In this document: positions 19,667-51,275 of the stretch, one piece after another | Position numbering within the stretch: the stretch's first letter is position 1 | Layout: each line of letters begins with the position of its first letter | Assembly: GCF_009914755.1 (NCBI RefSeq) | Contig: NC_060939.1 | Source of the DNA: the human T2T-CHM13v2.0 reference genome, Homo sapiens | Strand: one strand, 5' to 3' | Length of the DNA: 64,000 bases | Made by a program: the position numbers and the translations under genes | Notes under the pieces: model-generated | Database searches by the model: none | What the model was told of the DNA's origin: nothing | The model's input: only the letters and a program-made list of their open reading frames with translations

Positions 19667-20618
19667 ACCCAGCCCTCAAGCCGCTGCAGAAGGGATGTGC
19701 CTCTTGGAAGGGATGTGCCTCAGATGCAAATGCAATGTGCCATTCCCCTGCCCAGTATCCTTGGTCTGCTTCCCAGACCATGAGGGGTCTGAGCTATGCC
19801 TATTTCCATTCTATTTTCTTTCCTGTCTTTCTTCTTGGGAGATGTTTATTGGATTTATTTCTTTCCCCTTTGGTCAGAACCTGCATGTCCTTTCTTGGCT
19901 GTGGGAGGCTAGGACTGCCTGCCTGGGAGTCATTTTCCATCAGCCCCATCCTGGGCTCTAGCAGCCCACAGGCCACACCTCAATCCCCCCCCTCCGCCCC
20001 TGGTCCCCTGAAGAACACATTTGCTTTAAAGCTTTCCTTGTTTCATTTGATCCACACACACCAGGTCGTAAGGAGAACAGGTGATTGTCTCTGTTTTGTA
20101 GCAGAGAAAAACCTAGGCCCTGAGCTGAAGTACTGTGCCCAAGGGTCAGCCAAGGACAGCACTCAGACGGGGCCCCAGATTTAATTCTGGTGAATCTGAT
20201 CTACACATCGATCTCGGTATACACCAGAGAAGAAGGATTGAGGCTTCCCGCTCTGACCCCAATTTCTTATCCTCTGCAGGCTTTGCAAGCCTGCTGGGCT
20301 CCAGAGGGAGGGGCATGCAGTGCCCATGATGTCATCATCGATTTAATAACACTCAGAGGTGGGCTTCCAGCCATCAGAGGATGAGGCCGTGTGGAGGGAG
20401 CCTCTCTAGCTCATTTAATCCTCCAATCTCTTAAATACAAACACATCTGCCTTTTTTCTGGAGTCCGCTGCTGCCCCTTGAGGGGAGGGGAGTCCAACCT
20501 GGCAGGGGGCTGGGCCTTTCTGAATGAACAAGATGAGAATTCTCCCTGTCCGGTGGGATTATCAGCCCCCTCTCTTTCCCATCCCACCAGGACACTTTAA
20601 AAACACCATCTTCATTAG

Positions 20619-21089
<471 letters not shown>

Positions 21090-21461
21090 TAGCCAGGCTG
21101 GTCTTGATCTACTGACCTTGTGATCTGCCCGCCTTAGTCTCTCAAAGTGCTGGGATTGCAGGCGTGAGCCACTGCACCAGGCCTGTATCAGATACTTTTA
21201 AATGTATCGCCTAAGATCCGTTAGACACACCAGTCTTCCAGCTCCTTGCCACTTGTTTTGTCCAGCTGCTGTGACAACTGACTTCACCCAGGCAGAAGTC
21301 AACTGCACCTCCTCTCCCCTTGGCCCCACACCCTTGGCCTCAGAAGTGCAGGAGTGTTGGACACTCCATGGAGTGAACTTTGACCAGCAAGAGACAGGGA
21401 TTAGCAAATAAATTTTTCTCTCTTCCTCTTTCTGGACAGACTGGCCTGAGTTCCGAGTTCA

Positions 21462-21722
<261 letters not shown>

Positions 21723-23271
21723 TCACGCCACTGCACTCTAGTCTGGGCGACAGAGCAAGGCTCAGTCTCAAAATAAATAAATAAATAATAAAGAAGGTCC
21801 TGTAAGGTCTAGCATCCTTCCAGACGGAGTGGTGGCCAGCTCCGCAGTGCACTCTCTTGTGTGCCCTCCCTTCTCCTCTGTCTCACTTCCCCTTGTCCTC
21901 ACTTCCCCTTCCCAGCCACCGCACTCCCCAATACAGTGTTAGCATACATGCTGCCCTGCTCTGCTTCTTTGGAAACCTGGGCTAAGACAAAGATCTTTCC
22001 AGCATGCTCAATGTATGAAACACCTACGGGGGGGTGGGGGGGGTGGTGCCCTGAGTGAAGAGAAGCAGGGTCCCAGGTGCCATCTCTTCTCCCCTTATGG
22101 TTACAAGGCCGTGGCCAAGTCACCTCCAAAGGGCTCCCTGGAAAGCCTTTGATCTTGCCTAATTTCATCATTCTGCAGCTGCGGAAAATGAAGCCTAAAG
22201 CCACACAGCGAGTTAGAAGCCAAGCCAGGCCAGAATCCAGTCTCCACTCCTAATCCAGTACCCTTTCTATCCAGTCTCTTAGGAGCTTTTGAAAATTTCT
22301 CTTTCTTCAAAACATCTTCCCACACTGCCCTGCCACCAGAAGGCTTTGAAGGCCCCTGCTAGACTGCAGCTACCATCTGAGAGACATGACACACAGAATC
22401 CTGGATCCAGAGGCTGGGACTCCAGAAGGCAGACAGACGAAGTGGGACCAGGAAAACTCAGTTACTTTGGAGAGAGGCAGCCAGGAGGGGCCTGACTAGG
22501 GGATCTCTAAGTGTGGGCAACAAGACTGTGCACAGTGAGAAGGCTGCACAAGGACAGACAGCAAGGGACTGGGGCACTGGGGGAAGATGGAGACTGTCTT
22601 TCTGTGTCAACTGGTATTGCCTGCAGGACACTCCCCATCTGGCTGAAGAAGCTGGGAGGGTGACCAGAAGTCACACTGTGGGGAGAGAGAAGGTCCCCAG
22701 GTTGTGTTTAATTCAGATTCTTGTGGTTGTGATTACTAGAAGCCACGGGGGACAGGTTGATGACAAAAGGGGATTTCTATTACAAGGATTTAGGGGTGTC
22801 TTAGGGAACCTAAGCATAAGGATGCAGTTGGGCCTCAGGAACTGAGAATGGTGCTGGGACTTTGGGAGCCCAGGAAGGCACCACCCACAACACTGTTTCC
22901 ATGTCATCCTTCTCTCTTTCTCCCTGCAGACTGGCTTTCCTGGCTTTCCAGGAAATACAGCAGCCGACGGCCTCAGTCAGCAGCTCCCAAGTTTATCTTT
23001 CTTCCATCCAAGAGATAAGCAGAATGTGGGTGGCCTCTTCTGGGCCCAATTCAAAATTCCCGCGGAGGGATTCTGATTGGATGGCTTGAGCCAGTGCCCA
23101 CCCTGAGCCAGGCAGTGTACCGATATGGCTGCTCCTTCTCTAACCAGACAGCCAAGGGAAGGAGAAGTGTACAGTTCACGGCCCTGAGTTTGCAACTTGA
23201 ACAAAAGCCCTAATATAGGGCTCTATTTCCACCCATTAATGGAAGAGATCACTGCCTTTTACATGTGGCTA

Positions 23272-23826
<555 letters not shown>

Positions 23827-24779
23827 TCAGTGCTTAATGTGTATTATCTCATTTAATCCTCACAGTAGCCCTGAGGGATAGCGCTAACCTTGGCTCCTGC
23901 TTATAGATGAGTTAACTCAGGTACAAAGAAGCTGAGTCATCTACCCCAAACCACACAGCCTGTCCATGGTGTAGTCACAGGTGGACCTGGGCAGCCTGCC
24001 TCTGGGACCTGCATTCTCCAAAAACCACCACACAACTGCCTGAACGGAGAGGCCATGGAGGCTGGAGGGAGGTCTTTCCACAGCCACGGTGAGCCACGAG
24101 TAATATCTGCTTTGAAATTGTTTCAGAATTGTCAACCTGAGCTCTGTATAGTCAAATTGTGGAATTTAATGACTTATTAGAGTGCTACAGGAGACCCACA
24201 GCAGGAGAATCACTTGAACCCAGGAGGCAAAGATTGCATTGAGCCGAGATCGTGCCACTGCACTCCAGCCTGGGTGACAGAGCGAGTCTGTGTCTAAAAA
24301 AAAAATAAAAATAAATAAATATATATATATATATATATATCGATTAATCGATGGAATACATAGGGCACAGGGCTTCTGTTTTCCTAACCAGACACTGACT
24401 GACAGAGGCTAACATAGCTCTGTATTTGTCAACACCCTGGCACCCAGAAGAAGCAAATGTACATGCTATTTGGGGTTTACTCTCCTGCTTAGGTCCTTGG
24501 AACCCAATTATTCATTCAACAATGATTTGTTAAGCACCTGTTAGATTTCAGTCATGGTTCTAGATGATGGGAATATAGCAATGAATGAAACAAAAGTCCT
24601 TCCTTGCATTTCTCCAGGAATGTATTAAACACAGAAGAAAACAAGCCACCATGAATGAGAACAGATGACAAAAAATAACACATTTAGAGCCCTAAGCTTT
24701 TTGGTTATTGAAATGATTGAATAGCAGATTTAAAATAACTAGGTAGGAAATGTTTAAATAAATAAAACATGGTATCACA

Positions 24780-25475
24780 GGAAAAAGCAAGGGATGAAAA
24801 AGACAAACAATAACACATGTTGGTGAAGATGTGGACAAATTGGAACTTTCATATATTCCTGGTGGGATTATAAAATGGCACAGCCCCTTTGGAAAATAGT
24901 CCAGCAGGTCCTCAAACTGTTAAATACAGAGTTAGTACATGACCCAGCAACTCTGCTTTTAGGTATAGGACCAAGAGCTCTGAAAAAAAAGTCCACAGAA
25001 AAACTTACAGATGAATGTTCATAGGAGCATTATTCATAATAGCCAACAAGTGAGAACAACTCCAAAATCCATCAACTTGTAAATAAATAAATTATGGTAT
25101 ACAAATTCAGTGGACTATTATACAGCTATAAGAAGGCACTAAGTACTGATGTAACATGGTTCAACCTTGGAAACATTATGCTAAGTGAAAAATGCAAGTC
25201 ATAAAAGGCCATATGCTGTATTAGGCCATTTATATGAAATGTCCAGAATAGGCAAATCTACAGAGACAGAAAGTAGACATAATGGGGATAGAAGGAAGTT
25301 GATAGTGATGGCTAATGGATACAGGATTCCTCTTTGGGTTGGTATAAATGTTCTGGCATTAAGTAGTGGTAATGACTTCACAACTTCTGTGAATATACTA
25401 AAAACCACTGAATTATATACTTCAAAAGGGTGAATTTTATGACAAGTGAATTTTATCTCAATAAAGCTATTATTT
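24780..25475 (+). mobile_element. L1MB/MC 3' end fragment
   Basis: ORF2 C-terminal and 3'UTR motifs (AGCATTATTCATAATAGCC, GTCCAGAATAGGCAAATC, TTTTATCTCAATAAAGCT). Confidence 0.7.
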
Positions 25476-25582
25476 AAGAAAATAAGGCAAAGACCTTTGC
25501 AATTGATCAGACATATCTGAAAAATAAGCAAATAGAAATTTTAGAGCTTAACAATTTGTTGACATTAAAACTGAATGGAGGC

Positions 25583-25890
<308 letters not shown>

Positions 25891-26606
25891 CTGAATGGAG
25901 GCCAGGCACAATGGCTCATACCTGTAATCCTAGCACTTTGGGAGGCAGGGTGGGAGGATCACTTGAGGCTAGGAGTTCAAGACCAGCCTGGGCAACATAG
26001 CGAGACCCCTATCTCTACAAAAAAAAAAAAATTAAAAAATTAGCCACTGTTGTGGCATGCTCCGGTAGTTCCAGCTACTGAGGAAGCTGAAGCTGGAGGG
26101 ATCCCTTGAGCCCAAAAGGTCGCGGCTGCAGTGAGCCATGACTGTGCCACCAAACCCCAGCTTGGGCAACAGAGACCCCATCTCTAAAAACAAAATGAAA
26201 CAAAACAAAACAACAATAACAAAAACTCAGTGGACAGGCTAAACTATAGATTAAATAAAGCTGAGTAGTGAATTGGTAAACCAAAAGACAGATTGACAAA
26301 ATTACCTAAAATGCAGCACAGGTTGCTAAGGAGATGACAAACATGAAGGAAGAGTTAAGAGAAGAAAGGGTAGAATGAGAAAGTCTAAAAAATATCCAAT
26401 CAGAATCCCAGAAGGAGAGAGTAGAGAGAATAAGAGAGAAGCAATATTTGAAAAGCTAACTACTGGATAAGAATTTCCAGATCTAATAAAAGACATGAGC
26501 CCACAGATAAAAGAAAGACAACACATATCAAGAAGTGCCTCACAGCCTGGTGTGGTGGCGCACGCCTGTAATCCCAGCACTTTGGGCGGCCGAGGCGGGG
26601 GGATCA

Positions 26607-26840
<234 letters not shown>

Positions 26841-28100
26841 TCACGCCTGTAATCCCAGCACTTTGGGAGGCCAAGGCAAGCAGATCACGAGGTCAGGAGA
26901 TTGAGACCATCCTGGGCAACATGGTGAAACGCTATCTGCACTAAAAATACAAAAATTAGCTGGGTGTGGTGGCACGTGCCTGTAATCCCAGCTACTCGGG
27001 AGGCTGAGGCAGGAGAGTCACTTGAATCAGGGAGTCAGAGGTTGCAGTGAGTCCAGATCGCGCCACTGCACTCCAGCTGGCGACAGAGTGAGACTCTGTC
27101 TCAAAAAAAAAAAGAAAAAGAAAGAAACCCACATCTGGACATGGTGTAGAGAAACCACAAAGCTCCAAAAGCAAAGATCTTAAAAGTAGCCAGAGAGAAA
27201 AGAAACCTTGTTTACAAAGAAACAAAAACTATATGGTGGCAGCAACAGTGAATTTAGAAGACAGAAAAATATCTTCAAAGTGTTAAGAGAAAGTTAACCC
27301 AGAATTGTGTGCCAGCAAAACTGTCTTTCAAAAATGCATGTAAAATAGAAACATGAAGGTGAAATAGGAACATTTCAGAATAAAACCGAGAGATTTTACC
27401 ACTAACAGGCCTTAACTAAAACAATTTCTGGAAGATATACTTTAGGAGGAAGGAAAATGATCGCAGAAGATGGGAAACATTTCTAAAAATATATAACTTA
27501 TCATTGCAATGCAAGAAAGAATGATGAGCAAATCAATTATTAAGTATGTAAATAATTCCAAAAATTGTCTGCAAAAACTTATAATGAAAGGTGATGATGG
27601 TGTATAATTTGTGGGGTTAAAAAAGGACAGAAACAAATACTGGACAATAATATTTATAGATGGGGGAAGAAGGCCCGAGGTTGGTGGGGAGAGTTAGACT
27701 ATTCTAAGTTCTTTGTATTCTTCTTAGAGAAGGTTCAAGTATTTGTTCACTTTAGATGTTGTTAAATGTGCATGGTAAAATTTCAAGGGTAATCACTAAA
27801 AACAGAAAATGTGTAACTTCCATACCAGTAAAAAGTAAAATAGAATAAGAAAACAAAAACCCAATGCAGAAGAAAAAGGAAAAAAATAAGTTTAAAAAAG
27901 GAAAACAAATGGAAAGCCAAAAAAGGGTATGGTAAAAATCTAAATATATCAGTAATCACAATAAGTATAAATGGACTAAACAATAAACTAAAAGACACAT
28001 TCTTAGACCTAAATTAAAAAAAAAATAGACATACCTAAAATAAAAGGACACAGAAAAGATGAAAGTAAAATGATGAAAAAAGATATAACAGGCAATACTG

Positions 28101-28155
28101 TTAGGTTGGTGAAAAAGAAACTGTGGTTTTTGCTATTACTTTTGTGCCAACCTGA
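28101..28155. mobile_element. Internally deleted MADE1 (Hsmar1 MITE)
   Basis: TTAGGTTGGTGAAAAAG..GGTTTTTGCTATTACTTTTGTGCCAACCT matches MADE1 TIRs. Confidence 0.7.
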
Positions 28156-28790
28156 AGTTAAAAGAAAGTTGGTGTAACTATATTGTCATTTGACAAAATA
28201 GACTATAAGAGATAAATAAGGACTTTATACAATGATAAAAGGTTTTATTTATCAGGAAGATGTAATAGTTCTAAAGTTGTGGGTACCTACTAAAATAGCA
28301 TCCAAATATATAAAATAAAAATTTATAGAATTATGAAATGAAATTGACTAATCCACAGACATAGTGGGGTATTTCAATACAATGCTCCCAATTATTGATG
28401 AGTCAAGAAAGATTTGAATAACACAATTCACTAGCTTAATTTAGTGAATTTAGTGAATAAATTACCTTGCATTCAACAATCAAGGAACAGGCATTCTTTT
28501 CAAGGACACTTGGAATATTTTTAAAAATTGACCATATAAAAGGCCATAAAACCAGCCTCAACAAATTTCAAGAATCTGATTTACATAAACCACATTTTAT
28601 AATCCACAATCATAGATTTAACTTAAGCAACCAAATTAGAAGTGCATAAAAGAAAAAGAAGTGACACATCCACTAGGTTTTGGAAATTAGGAAGTATACT
28701 TCTAAATAACTTGTAAGTCAAGTAAGGAATCATAAAAGAAATAAAAAGTTGAACAGAATCAATGATAAAAATTACACTTATCAGGACTTA

Positions 28791-29462
<672 letters not shown>

Positions 29463-29465
29463 TCA

Positions 29466-29830
<365 letters not shown>

Positions 29831-29891
29831 TTATTAGAAAGGGAAACATTTCTAAAAACATATAACTTATCAAAGCTGCATCAAGAAAGCC

Positions 29892-41760
<11,869 letters not shown>

Positions 41761-43070
41761 AGTTTTTAAGAGAGCTGTAGTTTCCCTCTTTCGCCACTAC
41801 ATGGCAGGCTAGCACCTTAGTGAAATAAATCCTGAATGGGAAAGGCTGGTGTAAATGGACATGTACCTAATAGCTTTCTAGCAGCATTCTAATTTCCCCA
41901 TGCGGATACATATAAAATAGGGCTTGATGTGCTCAGAGTGTTTAAATGCACAACCACAACATCTCAGGCGTACATCACTGTGGCATGGATCTTGCAGCCA
42001 CGTGACCGGGTTTTTTGTTTTTATTTTTCCTTTCTTTCTGCCTGGTTATGTAACTATTTTTGCAAACTTAGAAGTGTTTCTGTTTGAATGCTGAGTTTTA
42101 TTTCTCAGAATGTTCCAATATTTCCCAAGGCATTCATTCCTAAATTAATAACATGGAGCGGGAGGACAGTCCCTCATGGCAATTGACACATCTAACTTGC
42201 ACTTTTATGTCTAACATTTTGGAGCTGTGTTTTTCACCACTAGCATTAGAACCACTGTTTAATAATGTCTGATGACACTATTGCAATATATAAAGTAATA
42301 CTTAAAATTTAGTAACAATCAATGTTAAAATAGCAATGCAATAGTCATCAAAATCACTCACAGAAAGTCTGGTGCCAAATAGCTTGTTCACATGATGTGA
42401 TTGATGTGACAGTGACACAAATGTCGGCAGATACTTCTTTTTTAGCCGCCGATATTATGCCACCAGTGGCGACACACAAACAGCATAAAGTCTAACTTCT
42501 ATAAATCTCAAACAAGTAAACTAAACAATATCTTCTTTGGTAATACCTATGCCTATGATAAAACTACATTTTTTTTTTTTTTTTGAGACAGAGTCTCGCT
42601 CTGTCGCCCAGGCTGGAGTGCAGTGGCGCAAACTCGGCTTGCAGTGGCTCACTGCAAGCTCCGCCTCCCGGGTTCACGCCAATCTCCTGCCTCAGCCTCC
42701 CGAGCAGCTGGGACTACAGGCGCCCACCACCGCGCCCGGCTAATTTTTTTTGTATTTTTAGTAGAGATGGGGTTTCACCGTGTTAGCCAGGATGGTCTCG
42801 ATCTCCTGACCTCGTGATCCGCCCGTCTCGGCCTCCCAAAGTGCTGGGATTACAGGCGTGAGCCACCGCGCCCGGCCAAAACTACATATTTTTTTAAAAA
42901 TCAAGAAAATGGTCGACATGAAATTCAAGCCAGTATTATCTCTGGTGAGGAGAGAGAGCACGATACGAAAGGGGCATAGGGAGCATACAGGTGGATGCAT
43001 GAGCAGGTAATGTTCTCGTTCTTAAGTTGGATGGTGGTGAGCCACCCACTTGCAGCTTCACTCTCTAGAC

Positions 43071-45189
<2,119 letters not shown>

Positions 45190-45382
45190 CTCTAGCCGTT
45201 ATTACCAATACTTGTGTTATAGCACTCCTGTATCACAGTATTTGTTATTACAATACTCTCTTTGGGATCCCCACACACGTGGCTGGCTTCAGGGGTGTGG
45301 GCAGTGCAGTCGCACAGGGCCCCACGTTCAGAAGGGCTTCGCCCTTGGTTTAATGCGCTGCTCTCATTGCCTTGAAACTTAC

Positions 45383-45561
45383 TTTTTACCTTTGAATTTG
45401 AGTTTTCTCAGCGAAGTCTCACAGGACAATGGCGCCTGCGCCAGTGGCTTGAAGGCTCGGCTCAAGCCCGCCTCGCCTCCCTCCCTCCTAGGGATGGCTC
45501 CCAGTGTCTCTGGCCGGGGCCTGCCTCTCGCTCGCCGCTCCTTCCCGGCAACGGCTGCCAT
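45383..45561 (-). CDS. CLN6: Alternative distal first coding exon of CLN6 (MAAVAGKERRARGRPRPETLG...RKLKFKGK + AA)
   Basis: ATG in GAAAATGG context (A at -3, G at +4). 179 nt = 59 codons + 2 nt, ending at a consensus donor AA|GTAAGT (45382-45377). Same phase 2 as canonical exon 1, so splicing to exon 2 gives a protein 32 aa longer (343 aa if the canonical form is 311 aa). This agrees with my recollection of an annotated longer CLN6 isoform. Confidence 0.8.
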
Positions 45562-46090
45562 TTTCCGCCCAGGCAAGGTCCTGGGCGCGGCTCTGGGGAG
45601 GGTCAGGGTGCGCGTCCCACCGCGTCGTGGGGCAGGGTGTAGTGATGGTCACGCATCCCTTCCCTGGGCTTCTCCGGCACACCTGTATCTAGGGACTGAG
45701 CGCGACTGACGCAGAGGTCGCAATACCGCTGGGGGCTGCCTGGTGCCATGGGGTTGGGCCGCGGGCCCAAGGGAAAGAGAGACACCTGGCCTGACTTCTG
45801 CAGGCCTCTCCCCGCCAGCGAGCGCACGGCAGCGGTGCCCAGGGGCTGGAGGCAGCGGAACGCACGCGCCCGGCGTCAATGAGGGCTTGCGCCAGCCCCA
45901 GAGTACCCGCGTGCCCGAGGGAGCGCGCCCGCCTCTGGCTCCGAGCTTGGGGGAGGGGCGGCGTGAGGGAGGGAGGATCTTGTTTTCCTGCTTGCAAGCT
46001 TCCTGAGTCTTTGTTGCGCTGTTTGTCTCTTCTGGCTAGTCAGAGCACCCTCTGGGGACAAGCCGTAACATACGAATTGTGTAACTCGGT
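45410..46090 (-). promoter_or_regulatory. Distal CpG-rich promoter for the alternative CLN6 first exon
   Basis: CpG-dense block in otherwise CpG-poor DNA. NRF1-type GCGCCTGCGC at 45432-45441; YY1-type AAAATGGCAGCC overlapping the ATG; CRE half-sites TGACG/CGTCA at about 45707 and 45874. Confidence 0.7.
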
Positions 46091-46441
46091 GATTCCACAT
46101 TGCACAATATGAACATAAATGGTAAAATTCGTGCTAATAATTTAAAATTGTATTTTTTCTTTATTTAGAAATTTTCATAAGTAGCATATAAAAAGCACAA
46201 AAAGTCCAGAGAGAGAAGGCTAGAAGCAAGGTAAAAGCTTTTACTTGCCTTTTGAATAAGGCATCCTCATTTTGCACCGGGTCCACAATTTATGTAGCCA
46301 GTCCTGCTTCCATAATCTAAATTTCAAGCATTCCAGGCTCTGACCACTACTTTTGGGTTGTCCAGCACCACAAGTCCAGCAATCTTTTGATTCCAATAGG
46401 ACCTACAATTAATAGATCTTACCACCTTTTCTCTGGCCTTC

Positions 46442-47442
46442 ATCTCATATATATATATGATATATATGAGATATATATATGATATATATGAGATATATAT
46501 ATGAGGAGATATATATGAGATATATATGAGATATATATGAGATATATGATATATATATGAGATATATATGATAGATATGAGATATATATGATAGATATAT
46601 GAGATATATGATAGATATATGAGATATATATGATATATGAGATATATATATGATAGATATATGAGATATATATATGATAGATATATGAGATATATATATA
46701 TGAGAGCTATATATGATATATATATGAGATCTATATATGATATATATGAGATGTATATATGATATATATGAGATGTGTATATATGATATATATATGAGAT
46801 GTATATATGATATATATGAGATGTGTATATATGATATATATATGAGATGTGTATATATGATATATATGAGACGTATATATGATATATATGAGATGTATAT
46901 ATATGATATATGAGATGTATATATGATATATATGAGATGCATATATGATATATATATGAGATGTATATATATTATATATATATGAGATGTATATATGATA
47001 TATATGAGATGTGTATATATGATATATATATGAGATGTATATATATGATATATATGAGATGTATATATGATATATATATGAGATGTATATATGATATATG
47101 AGATATATATGATACATATGATATATATGATATATATGATATATAGATATATGATGATGATATATATGATATATATGAGATCTATATATGATATATATGG
47201 GATCTATATATGATATATGATATATATGAGATATATATGATATGTATATACATATATCTCACATATATACATATATGTATGATATATATGAGATCTATCT
47301 CATATATGATATATATGATATATATGAGATCTATCTCATATATGATATATATGAGATCTATCTCATATATGTGATATATGAGATATATATGATATATATG
47401 AGATATAGATATATATGATATATATATATATATCATATATAT
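46442..47442. repeat. 1-kb complex AT-rich microsatellite, (TA)n interspersed with GA/GAGA/GTG
   Basis: Continuous ATATATGAGAT/ATATATGAT variants. Confidence 0.97.
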
Positions 47443-48625
47443 CCTGGCTTCCCTTCTTTCCCGGCTTAAATTTCATTGTCAACTATTTTGGTCATTCCTG
47501 TGGATACACCCTGAACTCCCTTGCCCCGTCTCCATTCACAATACCCATCTGGCCAACTCTAGTAAAGCCCAACTCTCTGCTCTGTGCGGTCTCTCAGGCT
47601 CCACTAGGCAGCCCTGAGTGTGCCTCACTTTGCAGTCTCCAAAGAGCAACAACAGGGGAAGCCCCAGTGTGCAAGAGCTCTTCATACCTCTGCTTTAAAG
47701 TCATACTCCCCCGGCACAAGTCACAGGGCCAAGCTCAGCCTCAAAGGGTGGAGAAATAGATTTCATCTCTTGATGAAAGAAGCTACAAAGTTACATTGTA
47801 AAGGGGCTCATGTACATAGATGGAGAAAATTTGTGGCAATTTTTTCAATCTACCACAAACTTTAAAAGGAAAGAAAGTATATCTCAATCTTTCTCCTCCC
47901 GGGAGATATGTTAGTTTCTGCAAATCTGACTACTGTCTCCAAGAATCTCAGTTACTGAGATAATAGGAAGGAGAGGGGCAACTTTGTCAAATCATTAGAT
48001 TCTCCAGAATTATGATAGCCTGGTCACTATACATGAGGTGACTACTGCTTAAAAAACTTTTTTTTTTTTAAGACAGTGTCTCAGTCTGTTGCCCAATTGG
48101 AGGGTAATGGCTCAGTGCAGCCTTGCCCTCCAGGGCTCAGGTCACCCTCTCACCTCAGCCTCTTGGGTAGCTGGGACTACAGGTGCTTACCACCATCCCC
48201 AGCTAGTTTTTTTTGTTGTTGTTGTATCTTTTTTAGAGGCAGGGTTTTGCCATTTTGCCTAGGCTGATCTCAAACTCCTGAGTTCAAGCTATCCACCTGC
48301 CTCGGTCTCCCAAAGTGTTGGGATTACAGGCAAGAGCCACCATGCTCGGCCCCCACAAAAAAAACTTTTAAACATCTATTGAGTACAGTGTTTTGCATGG
48401 ATTATAAAATACTTGCTCCCCATGACATTATATAATCATTGAGGAAATAGAGTCAAGGTAGTTAAAATATAAGCATGAAGTCACACAAGCAGGAAGTGGT
48501 AGAATCCAGATTTGAATCCAGGTCAAGCCAGAGCATGCAACCACTATGCTGTGTTATCTCCTAATGCGTTTTTTTTTTCCTAAAATAAGGCTTGTTTCAT
48601 GTGGCATAAGCGTGGCTGATAAATA

Positions 48626-49274
<649 letters not shown>

Positions 49275-49541
49275 TGATCTGCCTGCCTCGGCCTCCCAAA
49301 GTGCTGGGATTACAGGCGTGAGCCACTGCACCCGGCGCCTGTACTGTTTTTCAAGAAATTTTCATTCTATAACTTTATTACATGTCAACTACATAATCAT
49401 CAGTTAACTTCTTTAGTGAAATATGATTAAATTAATTGTATATATTATATCCCATGGAGTCAGATACAGAGACATAGCATACAATAGCATAGTAATGTTA
49501 GACCCCATACTAGATTGTAAACTAGATTGTAAAGGTCATAA

Positions 49542-49777
<236 letters not shown>

Positions 49778-49980
49778 TAGAGATGGGGTTTTGCCATGCT
49801 GCCCAGGCCACTCTCCAACTTCAGGGCTCAAGCAACCCTCCTGCCTCGGCCTCCTAAAGTGTTGGGATTACAGGCGGGAGCCACCACACCTGGCCTTAAT
49901 CTTCAAAGAAAGATTGTTCTAAAATTCAAAGAGAGATATTCTAAAATTTATTCTTGAATAGGTAGGACATGCACACAGTA

Positions 49981-51275
<1,295 letters not shown>

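Larger units (their letters stand above)
45278..46306 (+). mobile_element. MER45-family non-autonomous hAT-Tip100 DNA transposon (about 1.03 kb, MER45B-sized)
   Basis: 5' end GGCTGGCTTCAGGGG..TGCAGTCGCACAGGGCCCC..TCAGAAGGGC..TTGGTTTAATGC and 3' end CATTTTGCACCGGGTCCACAATTTATGTAGCCAGTCCTG match recalled MER45 termini. Confidence 0.8.

Noticed and set aside
42265-42420. Possible C/D-box snoRNA (TGATGA motifs)
   Set aside because: No properly placed terminal CTGA D box or closing stem found.
46445-47436. Ile/Tyr/Ser/His-rich ORFs
   Set aside because: Artefacts of the TA microsatellite.
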